Source: a virus
DNA length: 64,000 nt
Reading direction: 5' to 3' (one strand)
Virus record (IMG/VR): IMGVR_UViG_3300013751_000152
The notes beneath the pieces are model-generated. The model was not told the DNA's origin and made no database searches. It saw nothing but the letters and a program-made list of their open reading frames with translations. The position numbers and the translations under genes were made by a program. Shown here in pieces: positions 27,490 to 36,657 of this stretch (the first letter of the stretch is position 1; each line of letters opens with the position of its first letter).

Positions 27490-28035
27490 TTATGCCTCAG
27501 CAATGCTACCCGCATACTTGTACAACTTGGAGTTGGTGGTGATCTTCAGTGTTACCCCTGAATCGTCTTCGGCTTTCTTACCCGTAGTAGCATCCGCCGA
27601 ATCCATAAAGGCAGGGTTAATCTTTGTTCCCACTACCCACAAAGTACCTACAGCATCAGGTACAATAAAGGTCATCGGCACGTTCTTGTAACGCCCGATA
27701 AAGTCGAGCACCTTGTCCGAAAAGCGTGGAATCTTTGCCTCAAGGTCTGTCTTTGCCTTCTTGTTCCCCGCGTTGCCCACAAGGCTCATCTTTAGTTCGT
27801 TCTCGTTGATCTGTAGGTCTATCCCCTTCCATGTCTTCCCAGTGACAAGGGTTAGGTTTCCTTCCTCTATGGTGTTAGCCTTGCCCAGCTCCCCCGTATT
27901 AGGAGGGAGGACACACTTGTCGAGGAAGGCTGTAGGGGCATATAGCACACGCGTACTGATACCCCCGCTCACCTCGTCGTTTGGACAGCTGTCCAAGCTC
28001 TCAAAAGGAGCATTATCAAAACAATTTGTAGCCAT
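27490..28035 (-). CDS. Probable major tail (tube) protein
   Basis: 181 aa beta-rich, C...GGI N-terminus, TTGKKAEDDSG; position after capsid. Confidence 0.6.
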   Translation of the reverse strand: MATNCFDNAPFESLDSCPNDEVSGGISTRVLYAPTAFLDKCVLPPNTGELGKANTIEEGNLTLVTGKTWKGIDLQINENELKMSLVGNAGNKKAKTDLEAKIPRFSDKVLDFIGRYKNVPMTFIVPDAVGTLWVVGTKINPAFMDSADATTGKKAEDDSGVTLKITTNSKLYKYAGSIAEA

Positions 28036-28070
28036 TTCTTTTATCTTTTAAGTTTATTCGTTATTTGTTT

Positions 28071-28517
28071 TTACTCTTCACTCTTTACAATAAGAGCGCT
28101 TCCCCCGCCTATGAGCTGCACGAGTGCTTCCTCGTCTGCGGCCAACTCTTCCTGAGTGTAGCGCTCCCCACCGAATAGGATCTGCAAGGGTGCATCGTCT
28201 GCAAACTGGTACTTCTTTCCACGGAAAGAAAAGGCATGCCCCTCTCTCTTTTCCTCTACCTGCAATACCCTTTTGCCTCCCGCAGCCTCCAAAGTAGCTT
28301 CTAATGCTGCAAGGGCTTTTTCCCTTTCGTCAAGGGCCTGCTCTCTTTGGTTAAGAACTTTTTCTCGTGCCTCCAGCTCCGTACCGATGTCATTCAGTTC
28401 TGATTCCTTGCGATCCACAGCCGCTTCACGGGTGCTCAGCTCCGAAGAGCGATCCTCAAGGAGCGCCTCGCGCTCCTCAAGGGTCAGTTCTCTGTTATCA
28501 TTATTATCTTTTGCCAT
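28071..28517 (-). CDS. Coiled-coil protein (head-associated)
   Basis: 148 aa with heptad repeats, after capsid gene. Confidence 0.6.
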   Translation of the reverse strand: MAKDNNDNRELTLEEREALLEDRSSELSTREAAVDRKESELNDIGTELEAREKVLNQREQALDEREKALAALEATLEAAGGKRVLQVEEKREGHAFSFRGKKYQFADDAPLQILFGGERYTQEELAADEEALVQLIGGGSALIVKSEE

Positions 28518-28532
28518 ATATTATCTATTTAA

Positions 28533-29534
28533 TTATAAAAATAGGTTTGGATAGAACAGCTTGTTTTGTGAATCATTGTTCAATCCTCTGTGCTTGCTGG
28601 CATCCGCAGTCTCTACGAATAGGTATTGGTTCACCGCAAAATCGTAGCCCAAGTGCCACTGAGAGAAGAGCTTCACTACATAGTCCTGCACTTGCACATC
28701 GTCCAATAGTGCGGGATTGTCTTTGCGATCGTACAAGCGGAAGAAGTTCCCATCGTACCACGCTATGATACGCCCTTTCTTCAATCCTGGTACGCCCACT
28801 ATAGTACGCCCAAACTTCGTTTTTCCACGCTGTGGATCCTTGAAGTCTATGTACTGGTTGGCAGGGGTCTCACGAGCCTCTACATAATCGTTGAACTCTT
28901 CCAAGGAGAGGAAGATAGTGCTTACTTTCCCTTGGTCAGGCAACCCTTTTTCAAACTTCGTTACCCTATCCACTATGGTAGCGGAAGAATCCACAGGGAT
29001 TAGGAATACAGGGTTTTCTGTGTCAGCAACTGCTTTGGTAACCACTTCATTCAGACCATCCATGGTCTTGGTGTAGTCAGGAGTAGTGCTTCCTACCTGA
29101 GTAGAATCGTACTTCCCTACAACTGAAACCACATTCAAGTCGGAGATGATCTTATCCTGCGCCATACGCATGATGTACTTGCTGATAGGCATTTCATTGG
29201 GTTTCTTCTCCTCTTCGTACAGCTCCTCCACCCAGCTATCATAAACCTCGTATGGGTTGATCTGGAAGTTCATCTTCTGTTGGAAGTTCTTAAGCAATTT
29301 CTTGCCAAAAGAAACCTTACCATACGGAGTCCAAGTGTCCGAAAAGGCTTGCACCACGTTCGTCATTAGTACATAAGGGATATGATACTCCCCTTTGACC
29401 TTTGGCAAAGTCTTAGCAAATTGGTTCAGTAGGATTTTATCCGAAAGAATCGCCGCTTGTAGCTCAAAAGGATTTTTCTTTCCATAACGAACCAACTCAT
29501 TTTTGATTTGTTCAATGTCAATATTTCTTGCCAT
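28533..29534 (-). CDS. Major capsid protein
   Basis: 333 aa directly downstream of protease/scaffold; MDGL motif. Confidence 0.7.
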   Translation of the reverse strand: MARNIDIEQIKNELVRYGKKNPFELQAAILSDKILLNQFAKTLPKVKGEYHIPYVLMTNVVQAFSDTWTPYGKVSFGKKLLKNFQQKMNFQINPYEVYDSWVEELYEEEKKPNEMPISKYIMRMAQDKIISDLNVVSVVGKYDSTQVGSTTPDYTKTMDGLNEVVTKAVADTENPVFLIPVDSSATIVDRVTKFEKGLPDQGKVSTIFLSLEEFNDYVEARETPANQYIDFKDPQRGKTKFGRTIVGVPGLKKGRIIAWYDGNFFRLYDRKDNPALLDDVQVQDYVVKLFSQWHLGYDFAVNQYLFVETADASKHRGLNNDSQNKLFYPNLFL

Positions 29535-29568
29535 ATTCTTACTTTTAAGTTGTTATTCTAAATTGTTC

Positions 29569-30000
29569 TTACAGCTGATTGTGTGCATCTTCCATTCGCA
29601 CTACTTCGTCCCCGCTCTGCTGTTCACGCCCGTCATTACTTGGCTGGGTATGTACTGGGCGTTTCTCCCCATACTCCTTGCAAGTCTTACCAAGGGTAGC
29701 AATGTCAGCGATCGCATCCCCGTTACTCTTAAGGTCATTCAGCGCCATCGCCTCGCCAAGGGCTTCACTCAGCGCCTTTCCTTCTGTGGCGACTTTTTCT
29801 TTTTCAGCCTTCAGCGTGGCAATCTCCTGCTCAAGGGCAGCCACTTGCTCCGCAGTCGCTGTCTCTTTCTTCTCTGCAAGGGCTGACTCCACCTTGGCCA
29901 GCTGCGAAGCGGTAAGGCTTACATAGGCCTCACCCCCAAAGAGCGGCTTTTTTTCCTCTAAGGCACTCCCTAAGAGCGCCGATAACAATACGTATTTCAT
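29569..30000 (-). CDS. Probable scaffold protein
   Basis: Ala/Glu-rich coiled coil between protease and capsid. Confidence 0.6.
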   Translation of the reverse strand: MKYVLLSALLGSALEEKKPLFGGEAYVSLTASQLAKVESALAEKKETATAEQVAALEQEIATLKAEKEKVATEGKALSEALGEAMALNDLKSNGDAIADIATLGKTCKEYGEKRPVHTQPSNDGREQQSGDEVVRMEDAHNQL

Positions 30001-30782
30001 ATCTCGTTTATTAAGGTTTCCAAACTCATTATTTCATCTACAAGGCCGACCTCCAGCGCGCCCTTAGGGCTATATACAGCCCCCTTGAATACACGCCCGT
30101 CGTCCTTGATGTCTGCTCGGCAGGCCTGCACGGAGCTAATAAAGCCCTTAGCCAGCTCGCTGAGGCGCTCCTTGGCCAAGGTATCATCACCTGCCACCAA
30201 GTCCCGCCATAGCTTGTTCTTTTCGCTGCTCTCAGGGGCATACACTTCATAGATCTTGGCGCCCCACTTCTCAAACATCTGCGAGTAGTCTTGCGTATGT
30301 AGCATGGTGCCAATGCTCCCTATCGCATCGGCAAAGGGGCTACTGACAACCTTATCGCAGGCTGCTGCAATCCAATAAGCTGCACTACACATATACCCAT
30401 TGGTATAGGCTACGATGGGCTTTTCTATCCCTCTGATGATGTGGGCAAGCTCCGCTGTGCCTGAGACCATACCCCCGCCGCTGTTTATATCCAAGATGAT
30501 AGCCGATACACTTGGGTGCGCGTCCAACTGCCGAAGGTAGCGCCCATAGCTCTGAGTACCTATATAGTCATAGGACGTATGCTTGACGATCGCCCCATAT
30601 ATATCCACCACCACGGGGAAAGTATCCCGCCCGCTAGCACTCCCACCACGCGCCTGCACCTCCAGCTTAGCCTCATAATCCGCCTCCAGCTTCTCCGATG
30701 CCGCAAAAGCATTATCCTTAAACCCTTTTACAAGCCCAGGAATGATCGAGAGCAAATATTCTTTTTCTATCGCTAATACCAT
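29997..30782 (-). CDS. Prohead protease, S49 (SppA/ClpP-like)
   Basis: LDINSGGG, MCSAAYWIA, IGSIG, GLVD motifs. Confidence 0.9.
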   Translation of the reverse strand: MVLAIEKEYLLSIIPGLVKGFKDNAFAASEKLEADYEAKLEVQARGGSASGRDTFPVVVDIYGAIVKHTSYDYIGTQSYGRYLRQLDAHPSVSAIILDINSGGGMVSGTAELAHIIRGIEKPIVAYTNGYMCSAAYWIAAACDKVVSSPFADAIGSIGTMLHTQDYSQMFEKWGAKIYEVYAPESSEKNKLWRDLVAGDDTLAKERLSELAKGFISSVQACRADIKDDGRVFKGAVYSPKGALEVGLVDEIMSLETLINEI

Positions 30783-30857
30783 ATTTTAGTTGTTAGTTAT
30801 TAGTGGTTAGTGGTTAGTCACTTGTAACTCGTCACTAGTCACTGACCTCTGTCCTCC

Positions 30858-30893
30858 GCAAAGGTAATACACCCCTTCCTCCTCCCAAAGGAC
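30858..30893 (-). promoter_or_regulatory. Late-promoter motif upstream of head operon
   Basis: GTCCTTT-N20-TACCTTTG. Confidence 0.7.
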
Positions 30894-30950
30894 AGCTTTT
30901 ATACCCCCCTGTCTACTGTCTTCTGTCCACTAACAACTAACAACTAACCA

Positions 30951-31454
30951 CTAATTAATCGGCGGCAAGAACATCAGCACCCTGAACTTCTCTGTAATCT
31001 TCCCAAGCGTTGGGAAAATGATCGTTTGCCCCGTCAGACTAATGGTAAATAGATCCTTCCCCGTACCGTTATCCACGATGTCATCATCTATGGTAAGGCT
31101 AAAAGGCTCCCTATGGTTACCCACCACGAGCATCTCCTGAGCCGATACCAAGGCTACCACATACTTACGCTTTTTGTGCATGGAGATTAGCTTCAGCCGT
31201 ACCTCCTTGCTCAGCTCATACACAGGAAAGGTAACCTTCATATCAAAGTAGTCATTATGATTCTGTTCCTTGAGGCTTATCTTACGGCTGTAGCCGCTGG
31301 GGTGAGCCACTCGGAGTTTTACAAGGGCAGCATTCGGATCGGGGGTGAGCGCCCTCAGATTTTGGTTAAAGGTAAAGCTCGCCGCGTCAAAGAGCAGCAC
31401 ATGGCGGATCTCCCGTGTGAAATCCTCCCCTATATTACACAATTCGTAACTCAT
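30951..31454 (-). CDS. Phage hypothetical protein
   Basis: 167-aa ORF; late-promoter motif at 31474-31509. Confidence 0.7.
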   Translation of the reverse strand: MSYELCNIGEDFTREIRHVLLFDAASFTFNQNLRALTPDPNAALVKLRVAHPSGYSRKISLKEQNHNDYFDMKVTFPVYELSKEVRLKLISMHKKRKYVVALVSAQEMLVVGNHREPFSLTIDDDIVDNGTGKDLFTISLTGQTIIFPTLGKITEKFRVLMFLPPIN

Positions 31455-31528
31455 TTTTTTTTTTAGATTATAGGCAAAGATAAGCGCCCTTTCCTGAATG
31501 GGAAAGGACGCTTTAAGCAGGTAACCGC

Positions 31529-31798
31529 TTACAATCCATTGTAAGCCTCATAGATATCCGCTAACTCCTCTTTATTCTCTTTCACAATAAAGGATAGATC
31601 CAGCATGTAATCAAAAATCTCTTCTAAAAACTCCTGATCATCTGAATCCAAGAGCTTAGCTTTTTTTATCTCTTTTGGGAATCTTGATAGCCTTTTTTGA
31701 AAATTCTTCTCTGCGGAGATCTTTTCAGCTACCTCAACGAGCCATTGAGAAAGCTCTTCCCCCAATTGCCTACTTAGTGGATGTGGATTGTCATTCAT
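31529..31798 (-). CDS. Divergent paralog of cassette A gene 2, last gene of early operon
   Basis: PLSRQLGEELSQWL...FQKRLSRFPK...ENKEELADIYEAYN aligns by eye with 4400-4675. Confidence 0.75.
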   Translation of the reverse strand: MNDNPHPLSRQLGEELSQWLVEVAEKISAEKNFQKRLSRFPKEIKKAKLLDSDDQEFLEEIFDYMLDLSFIVKENKEELADIYEAYNGL

Positions 31799-31828
31799 GA
31801 TTTTTACCTCCTTCCTATTATTGTTTAG

Positions 31829-32119
31829 TTATGACATGGATAGAATCAGTAATCCTAATTCCTTAGCGATAGCATGCTCGATACGAGCCCCTCGGCTTTC
31901 CTTCCAGTCAGGGAGGAGGAATATACCCCCACACCCCATGAGGAGTTCTATATCTCTGAGCATGTGCTGTTCCCAAGGGCTATCAATGGGCAGCCCATTC
32001 TCAAGAGGAGAAACAGGAGTTTGCCCCATCGCAATCAAGTACTGACATGCCTCGTGGAACTTCTCCCGTGTCTGCTCAATATCCGTGTCTGTTATTTTTC
32101 CTGATATGTATATTTTCAT
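31829..32119 (-). CDS. DUF4406 / nucleoside deoxyribosyltransferase-like protein
   Basis: KIYISGKIT...WKESRGARIEHAIA. Confidence 0.85.
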   Translation of the reverse strand: MKIYISGKITDTDIEQTREKFHEACQYLIAMGQTPVSPLENGLPIDSPWEQHMLRDIELLMGCGGIFLLPDWKESRGARIEHAIAKELGLLILSMS

Positions 32120-32140
32120 AGCTTCACAAGTTTAATTCTA

Positions 32141-32728
32141 TTACAACAAAGGTTTGGCTTTCTCCAATAATTCCTTCTGCTCTTCCAGAAAATTGTAGGC
32201 TATTTCATGTGATTTAAAAGAAAGCACTCTACTAGTATTGAGCCATAACTCCAAACAAAGTTTCCCTTTCTCTACCGAGATACAAAATTTATTCTTATCA
32301 TCTTCCCAATCAGGCTGCCACCCCTCATTGTAGTAGTCTCTAAGAATAACTAATTGTCTAAGAGCTTCAAACACTTCTGGACTAACACTCTTAGGATAAA
32401 GTATATTTATACCTTCCAAATTAAAATAAGCATATTTGTCCCTATCATACTTCAATTTTTTTTCCGCTTTTTCAAAAGTCGGCGGAGGTGCTTTTTGTTC
32501 AAAGCCTTCTAACACTATTTCATATGGCTTAGTAGAAAGGGTTGGAATATGTTTTTTACTAAAACGACCATCTGGGGTATAGTTGTTTCGACCTGCTTCA
32601 TTTTCAAAAGATACTTCTACAGGATAAGGATCATTTTCTTCATTACTTATCTCTACAATTACACCTTTCTTATTAGGAAAATTTAATTGGTCATAAACTT
32701 CCATTCCTTCTTTAAATACTGTTTTCAT
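32141..32728 (-). CDS. Phage hypothetical protein
   Basis: 195 aa; LRDYYNEGWQPDW motif. Confidence 0.7.
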   Translation of the reverse strand: MKTVFKEGMEVYDQLNFPNKKGVIVEISNEENDPYPVEVSFENEAGRNNYTPDGRFSKKHIPTLSTKPYEIVLEGFEQKAPPPTFEKAEKKLKYDRDKYAYFNLEGINILYPKSVSPEVFEALRQLVILRDYYNEGWQPDWEDDKNKFCISVEKGKLCLELWLNTSRVLSFKSHEIAYNFLEEQKELLEKAKPLL

Positions 32729-32735
32729 CCTCTTC

Positions 32736-33014
32736 TTATTTGTTAAAAATTATTTCTCCTAAACTAAGTACAAAGTATCTTTTGCCTTCTTCTGCACCCC
32801 ATTCACTCTTTCCTGTGCATTGGGTGATCCTTTTCAGTTCAATAACAAACCATGGCGCATAGCTCCCATAGCCATTGCGAAAGATGATCCTATCATATTT
32901 CTTTCCGATAAGCCGCTTTTCCCAGTAAGGCTTGATCTCTCGGTATTCCTCCTTCTTCTCTCCTGAGAGAATAAGGTCAAACCAGTTTTTCTTGAGTGTA
33001 AGGTGTAAATTCAT
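32736..33014 (-). CDS. ASCH/PUA-like domain protein
   Basis: LTLKKNWFDLILSGEKKEEYRE motif. Confidence 0.8.
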   Translation of the reverse strand: MNLHLTLKKNWFDLILSGEKKEEYREIKPYWEKRLIGKKYDRIIFRNGYGSYAPWFVIELKRITQCTGKSEWGAEEGKRYFVLSLGEIIFNK

Positions 33015-35094
33015 CTACTATAAATTTTAATCGTTTTGCTATTAATTCTACTATATCCACGGTTACAGCGTTGCCGATTAGCTTGTATCGTTGTGTTTTT
33101 GAGATACGCCTTATTCTCCCGTTATAATAGCCATATTGTGTCCAGTTATCTGGGAACCCTTGCAGACGTTCGCATTCTATTTCTGTAAGGCGGCGCACAC
33201 CATTAAGTAAATTATTTTCTTGAAAGGCGTTGCTCGATATAGTAGGGCAGATTTTGAGATCTGCGCCTTTATTTTTACCTCTTTTAAGTTGTCTTATCAC
33301 AGTCATGTCTGAGTGTAATCCTCCTGAGTGCCCTCCTCCTGTGAGGGTGGCGGCAACTTTTGGGACTATATAAGTATCATAACTCCCCATCTTGGAGTAG
33401 CGGGCTGTTATTGTTCGTGCAAGTGAAGATTTGAGATTTCCACCTCTCCAACCTTTTTCCCTTGTCTTTCTGTCAAGTAATTTATCATCTTTTCCGATAG
33501 GAAATACTCCTGGGATACTTCTTCCTGCAAGATGTCCGACAAGGTATATCCGCTCTCTATTTTGGGGTAAAAGCCAGCTTGTATTAAGCAATTGCCATTC
33601 AAGTCTATAACCCCCAATGTTGGCAAACGCTTGGATAATTGCCCAAAAGTCTGCGCGAGCGTTAGAGGAGAATGCTCCCTTAACATTCTCCCAGACAAAA
33701 ACACTTGGTCTGAGCTGAGCAATGAGGGCAATTGCGTGCGCGATAAGGCTACTTTTGGCTCCTTTAAGCCCCGCTCTTCTTCCAGCAAGTGAGAAATCTT
33801 GGCAATTGTGGACGACATAGTTTCCGACAGTGTAGGTGTTATCTCGTTCAACTGTGAAGTTGAAAACAGGGATGGTTGTTCGTTCTTTTTCATTTTTTAA
33901 AACCTTAACTACTATGTTATTATTTACTTTATAACTAAAAACTTCTCTCTTTTTGTCTATAATCCACTTGATAGAAAAGTAATTTTTTTGATGTACAATT
34001 CTATTGTTTATTTCTTTTAAAGGACTAACTTCTGTAAAGAATATTGAGGGCAACTCATTATATACTCTTAAAACTAAATGCCTAATACCATATGCCATTG
34101 ATATGTTTTTAGATTGACATTGATAAGTTCTTGATTCTGAAATATAACATCCATCTCCATACATATATCCATCTAAAAATGATTTCTGTATATCAATATT
34201 AGCAGTCAATATAAAACTTGGAACAACTTTTTTATCGCTTCCTCTTCCTACGCTTTCACATAGTTTATACAATCTTTCATTTGAGATAATTCCTTTAACT
34301 CCCTTTCCTTCAAATTTATCATCAAAATAATAACTTATATTAGTTTTGTTTTTAAAACGTCCTTTGTAACTTATCTTATTTATGATGTTAGCAAAGTGTT
34401 GTTTTTCTTTTTCATGCATGCTAAAAAATATTCTATACAAAGGTTTGTTGTCTCTTTTCCTTATGGTCTTGTCAAGGTGTCCTTCTGCTAAATAATATCC
34501 CAATAAGTACGCTTCGTTAATATCAATATCACAATCAATATTTTCTTGTTGATTTGATACGACAACATAATGGTCATCACTCATATCCTTTGCTTCAATC
34601 CAAAAAGGTTCAGTCCAGGAAATATCATAATTCCTTTTTTTAGAATTGTATTTTAAATTTCTCTTCACAACAAGGAAAGGATGCTCAGGAGTACATACTA
34701 TAGGTTCAGTATCTTTCCCTATTCTAATAGTGTGTATATAGCCACTATGGATCCTTTCATTGATTTGTGTCACGCTTTGCCACTTTCCTGTATGAGATAA
34801 TACTTTATCGTTTAAACAAACCTCCGAAATATCTATAAAACCTCTATTTGTAAGAGTTTTAGTGCCTTTTACAAAGCAAGGCGAGCCGAAAGTGATAATG
34901 TCAATGTCTGTAAAGTCTCCTCCGTGAAGAGTGGTAATGTCTCCGATGTATTTGGCATGGGGAAAATTGTGTTTATAGTTAGCAATAGCGTGTTTGTCTA
35001 TTTCTGAAAAATAATGCTCTGTGAATTGGTAGCCTGCTCTCTGAAATCCGAGAGAAAAACCACCTATTCCACTGAATAGGTCAATGATTTTCAT
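32977..35094 (-). CDS. dcm: DNA (cytosine-5) methyltransferase interrupted by an intein
   Basis: DLFSGIGG (I), GSP|CQDFS (IV), ENVKG (VI), QNRER (VIII), RLQGFP, GNAV (X). Confidence 0.92.
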   Translation of the reverse strand: MKIIDLFSGIGGFSLGFQRAGYQFTEHYFSEIDKHAIANYKHNFPHAKYIGDITTLHGGDFTDIDIITFGSPCFVKGTKTLTNRGFIDISEVCLNDKVLSHTGKWQSVTQINERIHSGYIHTIRIGKDTEPIVCTPEHPFLVVKRNLKYNSKKRNYDISWTEPFWIEAKDMSDDHYVVVSNQQENIDCDIDINEAYLLGYYLAEGHLDKTIRKRDNKPLYRIFFSMHEKEKQHFANIINKISYKGRFKNKTNISYYFDDKFEGKGVKGIISNERLYKLCESVGRGSDKKVVPSFILTANIDIQKSFLDGYMYGDGCYISESRTYQCQSKNISMAYGIRHLVLRVYNELPSIFFTEVSPLKEINNRIVHQKNYFSIKWIIDKKREVFSYKVNNNIVVKVLKNEKERTTIPVFNFTVERDNTYTVGNYVVHNCQDFSLAGRRAGLKGAKSSLIAHAIALIAQLRPSVFVWENVKGAFSSNARADFWAIIQAFANIGGYRLEWQLLNTSWLLPQNRERIYLVGHLAGRSIPGVFPIGKDDKLLDRKTREKGWRGGNLKSSLARTITARYSKMGSYDTYIVPKVAATLTGGGHSGGLHSDMTVIRQLKRGKNKGADLKICPTISSNAFQENNLLNGVRRLTEIECERLQGFPDNWTQYGYYNGRIRRISKTQRYKLIGNAVTVDIVELIAKRLKFIVDEFTPYTQEKLV
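33408..33893 (-). CDS. Alternate-frame polypeptide nested in the methyltransferase gene (EcoHK31I beta-like)
   Basis: 161-aa overlapping ORF with TLSDILQEEVSQEYFLSEK motif. Confidence 0.55.
   Translation of the reverse strand: MKKNEQPSLFSTSQLNEITPTLSETMSSTIAKISHLLEEERGLKEPKVALSRTQLPSLLSSDQVFLSGRMLREHSPLTLAQTFGQLSKRLPTLGVIDLNGNCLIQAGFYPKIESGYTLSDILQEEVSQEYFLSEKMINYLTERQGKKVGEVEISNLHLHEQ
33805..34878 (-). mobile_element. 358-aa intein with LAGLIDADG homing endonuclease
   Basis: Starts CFVKGT, block B CTPEHPF, LLGYYLAEG and FLDGYMYGDG motifs, ends VVHN/C; AT-rich. Confidence 0.93.
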
Positions 35095-35293
35095 TCCTTA
35101 TTCCTTTCTTTAAATTCTGACACTGTATATGTAATTCCTGATAAGAGCAGACATACGATAAGCATTCTTCCGCCCCAACCTAATGTGGCTATATCAGTAG
35201 TCCAGCCTATAAAAAACAGACTCCAAAAACAAACATAATCCACAATATGCTAATAGCTATTAGTTGAATAATTGCAAGTATTTTATTTCTCAT
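35091..35293 (-). pseudogene. Small two-TM protein gene frameshifted at a T6 run
   Basis: Adding one T restores a reading frame ending in an ATGA overlap with the methyltransferase start. Confidence 0.5.
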
Positions 35294-35309
35294 ATTTTTA
35301 ATTTTTTTT

Positions 35310-35609
35310 TCACTTGTCACCTGTTTCCCCTTCGAGGGTTAGGGGGTTCACTTGTAACTCTTTATAAGGTATCCATTCACCTTTTACTTTTCGGTCATAT
35401 ACATACAGAATCTTTGACAAGTCGTCTATTGTCTTCTCTGTCAGTTTACGACTTTTTTCTTCAAATTCCCCTTTATGCGCTCGATATAATATCTCTGTTA
35501 TCACACCTATTTGTGTGTCATTGAGTTCTGATGTTAGCGCAACACTATATTTATCATCTTCTTTTTTTATCAGCTCAATAGAGAGCTTCCCTAATATTTT
35601 ATCTTTCAT
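35310..35609 (-). CDS. Hypothetical protein
   Basis: 99-aa ORF in early operon. Confidence 0.6.
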   Translation of the reverse strand: MKDKILGKLSIELIKKEDDKYSVALTSELNDTQIGVITEILYRAHKGEFEEKSRKLTEKTIDDLSKILYVYDRKVKGEWIPYKELQVNPLTLEGETGDK

Positions 35610-35626
35610 CTTTCACAAATTCACCG

Positions 35627-36124
35627 TTAATCATTTTTCCTTTTAAAAAGTTCTCTGTATTTAGAGGTCGTTATCTCTGTGCAATCAGCAGGAATGGGAA
35701 CATCTGTCCAATCTTCTTCGATAAAAAAGCAAAAGTATTCATCATTATTCCAATCAAGTCCTATACAGTTAATAAAATCTCCCCCCCAACCTATACAGGC
35801 ATTGAGTTCTCCCTTGGTGATAACAGTGGCTTGTTTGAACTCGGCTTGTAGCGCTTTCCCCTCTTTGGTATTCAATCGAGGCTTATATTCGTTCTTGCCT
35901 TTATTAACTAACTTCCATAATTTGACATCTACAATTGCACATTTGTGGAATGTTACAGAGGTGATTCCTCCTGCTACTTCCCAAAGAACTCTCCTGAACG
36001 AGGTGAAGCCGTATTTTTCAGCTAATGCTTCTTGATCTTCAAGACAAACCTTTAATTTGTCCATTATCTTTTGAAACTTTTTACCAGTTTCACTTTCTTT
36101 CTTTGTAATAAAATACATGGGCAT
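35627..36124 (-). CDS. Hypothetical protein
   Basis: 165-aa ORF in early operon. Confidence 0.65.
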   Translation of the reverse strand: MPMYFITKKESETGKKFQKIMDKLKVCLEDQEALAEKYGFTSFRRVLWEVAGGITSVTFHKCAIVDVKLWKLVNKGKNEYKPRLNTKEGKALQAEFKQATVITKGELNACIGWGGDFINCIGLDWNNDEYFCFFIEEDWTDVPIPADCTEITTSKYRELFKRKND

Positions 36125-36171
36125 TATTTTAAATATTACTTATTCACTTTTTGCCTATAGGTGAGAGCTTG

Positions 36172-36654
36172 TCACTCTTCATTCTTAATCAGTCTCTCCT
36201 CTATACTCCCCTTTTTTCTGTTAAAGTCTTTGCGGAGGGTCTCGTACATCAGGTCGCTTTCCTCTATGTCGTACATCTCCAATCGCTTTAGGATCGTATC
36301 TTTGTAAGGTATCTGAAACTGATGATAGTTCACCACTGCTTGTGTGTACAGTTCTCTCCGGAAGTGTTGGTCTATATACTTGAGCACTAAGCCTATTTTC
36401 TCCTGAGAGAGAATACACCCCTTCTTCTCATACTGAGAAGCATTCACCGCTATCCGATAAGCATGTAGCTCTCCACTACGGGGGTGATACTTGTACTCTG
36501 AGGCCATACTCTTGCGCTCCAAGATATGCAAGAGATACAAGCCTACATCATTATCACCCTTGAGCTGATACGGTTCTCCATACATCTTGCGCATGTATTT
36601 CAGTAGATACTTTGGTAGTAATAGTTTTATTTCCATATCTTTTTTATTTATCAC
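36172..36654 (-). CDS. Conserved phage protein (candidate late-gene activator)
   Basis: About 155-160 aa; C-terminal YETLRKDFNR helix; function is inference. Confidence 0.55.
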   Translation of the reverse strand: MINKKDMEIKLLLPKYLLKYMRKMYGEPYQLKGDNDVGLYLLHILERKSMASEYKYHPRSGELHAYRIAVNASQYEKKGCILSQEKIGLVLKYIDQHFRRELYTQAVVNYHQFQIPYKDTILKRLEMYDIEESDLMYETLRKDFNRKKGSIEERLIKNEE

Positions 36655-36657
36655 TGG

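Noticed and set aside
29569..30782. Frameshifted protease-scaffold pseudogene
   Set aside because: The two ORFs join by a clean ATGA stop/start overlap, consistent with two coupled genes
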